Positions 26,053 to 32,000 of a stretch of 32,000 nt of DNA are shown here, one piece after another. The stretch covers positions 300,001 through 332,000 of the forward strand of contig OY969425.1 in NCBI GenBank assembly GCA_963699255.1, read 5' to 3'. Numbering within the stretch: position 1 is the first letter of the stretch; every line of letters begins with the position of its first letter. This stretch comes from an uncultured bacterium. Its GTDB lineage: Bacteria; Margulisbacteria; WOR-1; CAVSGV01. The notes below the pieces were generated by a model that was given only the letters and a program-made list of their open reading frames with translations, was not told the origin of the DNA and did not search any database. The position numbers were made by a program, and so were the translations under genes.

Positions 26053-27495
26053 ATGAACTACAACGCGGTAATTCTTAGCATTGTTTTTATTCCTGTTATA
26101 GGAGCTTTCATCCTTCCGCTGGTCGGGTGGAGCTCAAAAAACACCAGGAATTATCTGTCTTTCTTATTTATTTTATCCTCATTTGTTCTTTCAGCGGCGA
26201 TGATACCTCTGGTCATATCGGGAAAGACTGCAACATTCAGCATGCCTCTGGCTTTTGGCTTCAATATGGTCTTCACCGCGGACGGCCTGGCGGTTTTCAT
26301 GGCCTGCGTTTCATCTTTTATCAGCGCGATGATAATCCTTTATTCATTCGATTACATCAGCCACTACGAGAACCAGAACGAATATTATTCGATGGTCGTC
26401 CTCTTCTGCGGTTCGATGATGGGCCTTGTTTTTGCGGCTAACCTCATTTTCCTGTTCATGTTCTGGGAGCTTACGGCGATAACAAGCTGGCGGTTGATCG
26501 GATATTTCAGGGGAAAAGCGCACGTATTAAAGGCTGACAAGGCGTTCCTTGTCACGGTCTTCGGCGCGCTGATGATGCTGATAGGTTTTATCGGCGTCTA
26601 TCAGCTGACCGGCTCGTTCGATCTGGCGGTGATAAAGCAGGCGCTGTTGACGCATCCTCTCCCGAATATTCTGCTTGCCCTGATATTTGTAGGGCTTATT
26701 TCAAAATCCGCAACACTGCCGTTCCATACATGGCTGCCCGATGCCGGCGTCGCGCCTTCTCCCGTTACGGCGCTGCTGCACGCTGCGGTGCTCGTCAAGA
26801 TCGGCGTATATGTTTTCGCGAGGCTTTTCATCGCAACTTTCACGATAGGGCAGGTGTGGCATACGATAGTGCCTTCCGTCGCTCTTGCCAGCGCGCTGAT
26901 ATCCGCAGCGGCGGCGATGTTCGAAACCGACCTTAAGAGGCTTATCGCTTATTCAACCGTCAGCCAGATAGGATTTATTTTCTTCGGGCTTGCGACAGGA
27001 AATGTCATAGGGATCGCCGGCGGCCTTCTTTATATATTGATGCACGGACTGGCCAAGGCAGGACTCTTCCTCTGCGCCGGCATTATAGAGCAGAACACCA
27101 AGATTAGGGATATTACAAAACTCGGGGGGCTTATCACCACGATGCCAGTGACGGCGATATCATTCCTTTTCTGCGCTTTATCCGTCATGGGAGTTCCGCC
27201 TTTCGGAGGATTCTTCAGCAAGTACATGGTCTTCGCGGGCGCGATCCAGGCAAGGCAGTTCTTGATGGCAGGTCTGTTCTTATGTGCGGCATTCATGACG
27301 ATCATCTACCTTTTCAGGGTGTTCAATATGGTTTTCCTTGGTGAAGTGAAGGTGTCCGCAAAGGAAGGCTCGGCCGCCATGGTCCTTTGCGTGGCGGCGC
27401 TAGCGGCGCTTTCTCTCGCCGGCGGGATCTTTGTATGTTATCCGGCTTTCTTTGCCAGAGTGTCGGCTATGCAGATGCTGGGGGTAATTAAATGA
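26053..27495 (+). CDS. Proton-translocating NADH-quinone oxidoreductase/Mrp-type membrane subunit (NuoL/M/N superfamily)
   Basis: WELTAITSW, SKSATLPFHTWLPDAGVAPSPVTALLHAA, LIAYSTVSQIGFI motifs. Confidence 0.9.
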   Translation: MNYNAVILSIVFIPVIGAFILPLVGWSSKNTRNYLSFLFILSSFVLSAAMIPLVISGKTATFSMPLAFGFNMVFTADGLAVFMACVSSFISAMIILYSFDYISHYENQNEYYSMVVLFCGSMMGLVFAANLIFLFMFWELTAITSWRLIGYFRGKAHVLKADKAFLVTVFGALMMLIGFIGVYQLTGSFDLAVIKQALLTHPLPNILLALIFVGLISKSATLPFHTWLPDAGVAPSPVTALLHAAVLVKIGVYVFARLFIATFTIGQVWHTIVPSVALASALISAAAAMFETDLKRLIAYSTVSQIGFIFFGLATGNVIGIAGGLLYILMHGLAKAGLFLCAGIIEQNTKIRDITKLGGLITTMPVTAISFLFCALSVMGVPPFGGFFSKYMVFAGAIQARQFLMAGLFLCAAFMTIIYLFRVFNMVFLGEVKVSAKEGSAAMVLCVAALAALSLAGGIFVCYPAFFARVSAMQMLGVIK

Positions 27496-29228
27496 CGGCT
27501 GTCACGCTGATACTGACATTCTTGAACTTTTTGCTTGCGGTGTTCCTGTTCAGGAGCAACGCGGGTTTTACTTTGCCGTGGCTCGGCTTCGGTCTCGATT
27601 TCTCCATGAGGATATACAGCTTCAACGCTTTCATAATCCTTGCCTCGTCGATATTCGGGTTCCTGACGGCCCTGTATTCGGCCGCGTTCATGAAAGGGAA
27701 GAAGAACTCGGGATTATTTTATGCTTTGCTTTTGCTGTCACTTCTTTTTGTGGACGGCGCGGTCGCGGCTGACAATCTTATAGTCATGCTTTTCTTCTGG
27801 GAAGGCCTTCTCGCGGCGATGTTCGGCATGATCGCGATAGGGAACAACAATGCGTTCAAGACCGCCACGAAGGCATTCATCATCCTGGGGATATGCGACC
27901 TTTGCATGATGTTCGGCATAATCCTTACGGGATATCTTGCGGGAACGATGACAATTTCAAATATCCATTTGCCTCTGAACACCCTGGGGAGCATCGCTTA
28001 CATATTCCTGATGATAGGCGCCATCTCGAAAGGCGGTTCGATGCCTTTCCACAGCTGGATACCGGATGCCGCCATAGACGCTCCGCTTCCTTTTATGGCG
28101 ATATTTCCTGCCGCCCTTGAAAAGCTGCTCGGGATATATTTCCTGACGAGGATCTCACTTGATATGTTCAAGCTGACCGCGGATTCCTGGGTAAGTATTT
28201 TGCTGATGACGATAGGTGCGCTGACAATAATCCTCGCGGTAATGATGGCTTTGATACAGAAGAACTATAAAAAGCTTTTGTCTTACCATGCCATAAGCCA
28301 GGTGGGTTACATGATACTCGGGATCGGGACCGCCACTCCGGCGGGTATCATCGGCGGGATATTCCACATGATAAACAACGCCATGTACAAAAGCTGCCTG
28401 TTCCTGACGGGGGGCTCGGTGGAGAAACAAACAGGAACATCAGATCTGGAAAAACTCGGCGGGATCGGCTGGAAAATGCCGATAACTTTCATATGCTTCA
28501 TCATAACAGCCGTTTCCATATCGGGTGTTCCTCCTTTCAACGGGTTCTTCTCAAAAGAGCTTGTCTATGACGGCGCGCTCGAGAGGGGGCTGATATTCTA
28601 TCTCGCCGCTGTTATCGGATCGTTCTTTACCGCCGCGTCTTTCCTTAAGCTTGGGCATGCGGCTTTTCTGGGAAAAGCGAGGGAAGAGAACAAAAATGTC
28701 AAGGAAGTTCCCTGGTCAATGCTCATACCTATGATAGTTATCGCGGCCGGCTGCGTTGTATTCGGATTATGGAACGCTTTGCCGATACATATCATCCAGC
28801 CGGTATTGGGCAAGGGACTTGAAGGCCGCAACTTCGCGGGGTTCCCGTCGAATGCCGTCCTTGTGATCATCACATTGGTTGTTCTGGCGGGAGCTATACT
28901 GAACCACCTGTACGGCGTTAAAGCGAAAGGCAGCGGACTGAAAGCCGTCGATCATATCCATTATGCTCCAGGATTATCATGGCTTTATGAAAGGGCGGAA
29001 AAAGGCAAATTCGATCCATATAATATCGGCATGTTCCTGGTCGGAGTTATAACAAGGATCGGCTGGTGGTTCGACAGGGGAATAGACTGGCTGTACGACG
29101 TTTTCATCACCAGGCTGACTTACGCTTTTACATATCAGATCAAAAAAGCTCACAACGGAAGTTACGTCGTGTATCTGGCGTGGTCGCTTGTCGGAGCGGC
29201 CCTGGCGATAGCATTCATGATAAGGTAG
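27492..29228 (+). CDS. NuoL/M/N superfamily membrane subunit
   Basis: GGSMPFHSWIPDAAIDAPLPFMAIFPAALEKLLG...LLSYHAISQVGYMILG; ATGA overlap with upstream gene. Confidence 0.88.
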   Translation: MTAVTLILTFLNFLLAVFLFRSNAGFTLPWLGFGLDFSMRIYSFNAFIILASSIFGFLTALYSAAFMKGKKNSGLFYALLLLSLLFVDGAVAADNLIVMLFFWEGLLAAMFGMIAIGNNNAFKTATKAFIILGICDLCMMFGIILTGYLAGTMTISNIHLPLNTLGSIAYIFLMIGAISKGGSMPFHSWIPDAAIDAPLPFMAIFPAALEKLLGIYFLTRISLDMFKLTADSWVSILLMTIGALTIILAVMMALIQKNYKKLLSYHAISQVGYMILGIGTATPAGIIGGIFHMINNAMYKSCLFLTGGSVEKQTGTSDLEKLGGIGWKMPITFICFIITAVSISGVPPFNGFFSKELVYDGALERGLIFYLAAVIGSFFTAASFLKLGHAAFLGKAREENKNVKEVPWSMLIPMIVIAAGCVVFGLWNALPIHIIQPVLGKGLEGRNFAGFPSNAVLVIITLVVLAGAILNHLYGVKAKGSGLKAVDHIHYAPGLSWLYERAEKGKFDPYNIGMFLVGVITRIGWWFDRGIDWLYDVFITRLTYAFTYQIKKAHNGSYVVYLAWSLVGAALAIAFMIR

Positions 29229-29235
29229 GAAGAAA

Positions 29236-30645
29236 ATGTTCTCATTGTTGATATTGATGCCTCTGTTAAGCGCGATAATATTGAACCTGCCGTTCAGGAA
29301 GTTCATGGGCAGGGCGGCCTTCTGGGTCTGCCTGGCCCTGTTCGTCGCGCAGATCCTCTGGATCATTCTTCCGATATCCGCGGCTTTTGAACCGATATTT
29401 AAATTCAACCTCATCATAGACGACCTGAGCAGGGTCGTTCTTTTCTGCATAGGCATGGTCTCTATCGCATCTCTTTTCGTCGGGGAACACGTCATCAAAG
29501 ATGACGACCAGAAATTCAATTTCTTCAATCTCCTTATTTTGGCCCTCGCCGGGATGAACGGCGTCGTGATGGTCAAAGATGTTTTTTCTCTTTATGTTTT
29601 CCTTGAAATAACCGCGGTCGCGTCCTTTGTGCTTATTTCATTGTACAGGGACAGGGACGCGCTTGAAGCGGCGTTCAAGTATCTGCTCCTTTCTGCCATC
29701 GCGACGGTAATGATGCTTTCATCCATCGCTTTGCTTTTGCTTGTCGCGGGCGATACGAGCTTTTCGGCGATAAACGCTGCGATAATGACCTCCCCGCACA
29801 GTTCGGTGATCACATTGGCGATGGGGCTTTTCATATGCGGGCTTTTCATAAAAGGTGGCCTTATGCCTTTCCACGGATGGCTTCCCGACGCTTATTCCGC
29901 TGCGCCTGCCCCCGTTTCGGTGCTTCTTGCAGGGATCGTGACAAAGACGGTGGGCATTTATGCGCTGATAAGGATAGTCACTCTTGTTTTTGTTTTTGAC
30001 AACCCGCTCAAGCTCCTTCTGATGTTCGTCGGCGCGTTTTCGATCGTTTTCGGCGCTCTTGCCGCGCTGGGGCAGAGTGACATGAAGAGGATGTTCGCTT
30101 ATTCCAGCATCAGCCAGGTCGGCTATATAGTAATAGGGCTGGGCTGCGGCACGCCGCTTTCGGTCTTCGGCGCCATATTCCATCTGCTGAATCACGCGAT
30201 ATTTAAATCCCTTTTGTTCGTTAATGCCGCCGCCGTGGAATCCCAGACCGGATCGAGGGACATGGACAAGATGTCGGGTCTCGCGGAAAAAATGCCGGTG
30301 ACCGGCGTTACATCGCTTCTGGCGATGCTTTCAGCCTCGGGGATCCCTCCGCTTTCGGGTTTCTGGAGCAAACTCATCATTATCATGGCGCTCTGGATAT
30401 CGGGTTATCATGTTTATGCCGTTATCGCCGTGTCTGCCAGTATTATCACGCTCGCTTATTTTCTCTCGATGCAGAGGCGCGTTTTCTTCGGCAAGACCGG
30501 CGGTGAATTCGCCAATATAAAAGAAGCGGGAATTAAATTGCTAGTTCCTTCGCTCATGCTCGCATTATTGATAGTTCTCATAGGGATATTATTTCCTTTT
30601 CTTGCGGGTCTGTACGTGAACCCGGCAGGATTATTGGGAGGATGA
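29236..30645 (+). CDS. NuoL/M/N superfamily membrane subunit (MrpD-like)
   Basis: FIKGGLMPFHGWLPDAYSAAPAPVSVLLAGIVTKTVGIYALIR...MFAYSSISQVGYIVIG. Confidence 0.88.
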   Translation: MFSLLILMPLLSAIILNLPFRKFMGRAAFWVCLALFVAQILWIILPISAAFEPIFKFNLIIDDLSRVVLFCIGMVSIASLFVGEHVIKDDDQKFNFFNLLILALAGMNGVVMVKDVFSLYVFLEITAVASFVLISLYRDRDALEAAFKYLLLSAIATVMMLSSIALLLLVAGDTSFSAINAAIMTSPHSSVITLAMGLFICGLFIKGGLMPFHGWLPDAYSAAPAPVSVLLAGIVTKTVGIYALIRIVTLVFVFDNPLKLLLMFVGAFSIVFGALAALGQSDMKRMFAYSSISQVGYIVIGLGCGTPLSVFGAIFHLLNHAIFKSLLFVNAAAVESQTGSRDMDKMSGLAEKMPVTGVTSLLAMLSASGIPPLSGFWSKLIIIMALWISGYHVYAVIAVSASIITLAYFLSMQRRVFFGKTGGEFANIKEAGIKLLVPSLMLALLIVLIGILFPFLAGLYVNPAGLLGG

Positions 30646-30649
30646 CTTT

Positions 30650-31144
30650 GTGGTGATAAACGAGGTACTTCTTATAGCTCTGATCGCGGCCGCGCTATGC
30701 ACCGTTATGGCCAGAAGTCTGCTGCGATCCGCCATCTTTCTCGCGATTACGAGCGCGATACTTTCCGTGATCATGTTCAGGCTGGGCAGTCCTGTGGCCG
30801 CCGTTTTCGAACTTTCGGTTTGCGCCGGGCTGATATCCGCGTTGTTCTTCTGCATAATAACCATCACGGAACCTCTGACGCCGGAAAAAGTGCGCGAAGA
30901 AGCAAAGGCGAGATTCGAACGGTTCTGGTATTTGCCTCCTCTGGTCGTGCTGGCCGGGTTCATTCTGAGGTTCTTAAGCGTTACGATCGATGTTAAGCGG
31001 GCTGTTCCGATGGAGATCGCGGACGTCAGGAGCATTCTGTGGGGACAAAGGCAGCTTGACCTCATAGGGCAGATAATAATACTTCTCTGCGGGGTCTTCG
31101 GCATAGTCATATTATTGAAGGAGCTGAGGAAAAAACGTGGTTAG
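30650..31144 (+). CDS. NuoJ-like / MbhD-MrpB-like membrane subunit
   Basis: LLIALIAAALCTVMARSLLRSAIFLAITSAILSVIMFRLGSPVAAVFELSVCAGLISALFFCII. Confidence 0.7.
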   Translation: MVINEVLLIALIAAALCTVMARSLLRSAIFLAITSAILSVIMFRLGSPVAAVFELSVCAGLISALFFCIITITEPLTPEKVREEAKARFERFWYLPPLVVLAGFILRFLSVTIDVKRAVPMEIADVRSILWGQRQLDLIGQIIILLCGVFGIVILLKELRKKRG

Positions 31145-31457
31145 CATGCCGTTAAATATATTCTGGATCTTCAGCGTTTACATCATAGTCCTTTTCGTGA
31201 TGGGTTTGTATTGCATCCTGGTCACGCTCAATCTTGTAAGGGCGCTTATCGGGATCGAGATATTGATGAAGGCCGTTACGCTCCTGATAATAATCTCCGG
31301 TCAGGCTTGCGGCAGCGCGGCGCTTTCCCAGGCGATGATCATAACACTTATAGTGATTGAAACGGTCTTCATTGCGGTAGCTATGGGGATAGTCCTCTGC
31401 TTTTACAAGTATACCGGGTCTCTTGACACAAAGAACATGACCAAGCTGAAAGGATAA
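31137..31457 (+). CDS. NuoK/MrpC-like subunit
   Basis: GLYCILVTLNLVRALIGIEILMKAVTLLII...SQAMIITLIVIETVFIAVAMGIVL. Confidence 0.82.
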   Translation: MVSMPLNIFWIFSVYIIVLFVMGLYCILVTLNLVRALIGIEILMKAVTLLIIISGQACGSAALSQAMIITLIVIETVFIAVAMGIVLCFYKYTGSLDTKNMTKLKG

Positions 31458-31460
31458 TAA

Positions 31461-31793
31461 ATGAACGATTATTTACTTACGCCGCCGGTCAGTTTCATGA
31501 TCATATTGGCGGCATCATGGCTTCTTTCGTATGCGTCGTCATTTCTCTCGTTCAAGAATAAGGGAACGACGGAGGGAGAAAAGAAAGCTTACGCCTGCGG
31601 AGAAGACAATTATGACAATATGGCCCGTCCCGATTACAGCCAGTTCTTCATTTTCGCGTTCTTTTTCACGCTCGCGCATGTTACCACTCTCATAATCACA
31701 ACGATGCCGAAAGGCGCGCTGGATGTTTTCCTTATCGCGACCGCTTACATCGTGGTGGGCCTTGTGTCATTGCTTATATTGTTCAGGAGTTGA
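31461..31793 (+). CDS. NuoA-like subunit
   Basis: EGEKKAYACGEDN...FFIFAFFFTLAHVTTLIITTMP; NuoA-type CGE motif between TM segments. Confidence 0.7.
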   Translation: MNDYLLTPPVSFMIILAASWLLSYASSFLSFKNKGTTEGEKKAYACGEDNYDNMARPDYSQFFIFAFFFTLAHVTTLIITTMPKGALDVFLIATAYIVVGLVSLLILFRS

Positions 31794-31797
31794 GGGA

Positions 31798-32000
31798 ATG
31801 AAAGTCATCGATAAAATAGTGCTATGGTCAAGGCTAAAATCACCGTGGGTGCTGCATTTCAATACGGGAGCGTGCAACGCTTGCGACATAGAGATCGTTG
31901 CGGCGCTAACTCCAAAATTCGACCTGGAACGTTTCGGCATACTGCTTAAGGGCACGCCAAGGCATGCCGATATACTTCTGTGCTCGGGGCCGGTCACAAG
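31798..32000 (+). CDS. NuoB/group 4 hydrogenase small-subunit-like protein (3' truncated by window)
   Basis: KSPWVLHFNTGACNACDIEIVAALTPKFDLERFGILLKGTPRHADILLCSGPVT. Confidence 0.87.
   Translation, partial: MKVIDKIVLWSRLKSPWVLHFNTGACNACDIEIVAALTPKFDLERFGILLKGTPRHADILLCSGPVT

Noticed and set aside
1-32000. CRISPR array or retron-type element
   Set aside because: No regularly spaced direct repeats, Cas proteins or reverse transcriptase motifs were seen.

Overview
The window is mostly ordinary bacterial chromosome (about 50% GC by eye), interrupted at roughly 9.2-13.5 kb by a clearly AT-rich accessory island. Housekeeping content: the C-terminus of a deoxyhypusine-synthase-like protein, an ornithine decarboxylase and a homospermidine synthase (polyamine cluster); an ABC exporter divergent from a MarR/EmrA/EmrB efflux operon, with emrB apparently frameshifted; rubrerythrin; an APC permease; a CDGSH protein with a thioredoxin-fold protein; MFS transporter; DUF167, nitroreductase, DUF3175, hemerythrin and GIY-YIG proteins; an MgtA-like P-type ATPase; and the start of a complex-I-like/energy-converting-hydrogenase-like membrane complex. 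The most interesting region is 9.2-14.2 kb. A tRNA-Asn(GUU) gene on the minus strand is split in its anticodon loop by a ~238-nt group I intron (P1, U.G splice pair, terminal G and P7 can be read by eye). Abutting its 3' side is an AT-rich integrated element with a gene II/X-like (Phage_CRI) Rep, a SpoVG-like protein, an SD-sequestering hairpin, an unexplained gene pair in which one member has a C-terminal membrane segment, and only the C-terminal part of a serine recombinase, whose coding sequence ends inside the tRNA. On the 5' side of the tRNA is an HNH nuclease gene with an in-frame amber codon where a Trp codon is expected. All homology calls come from motif recognition; no database search was run.
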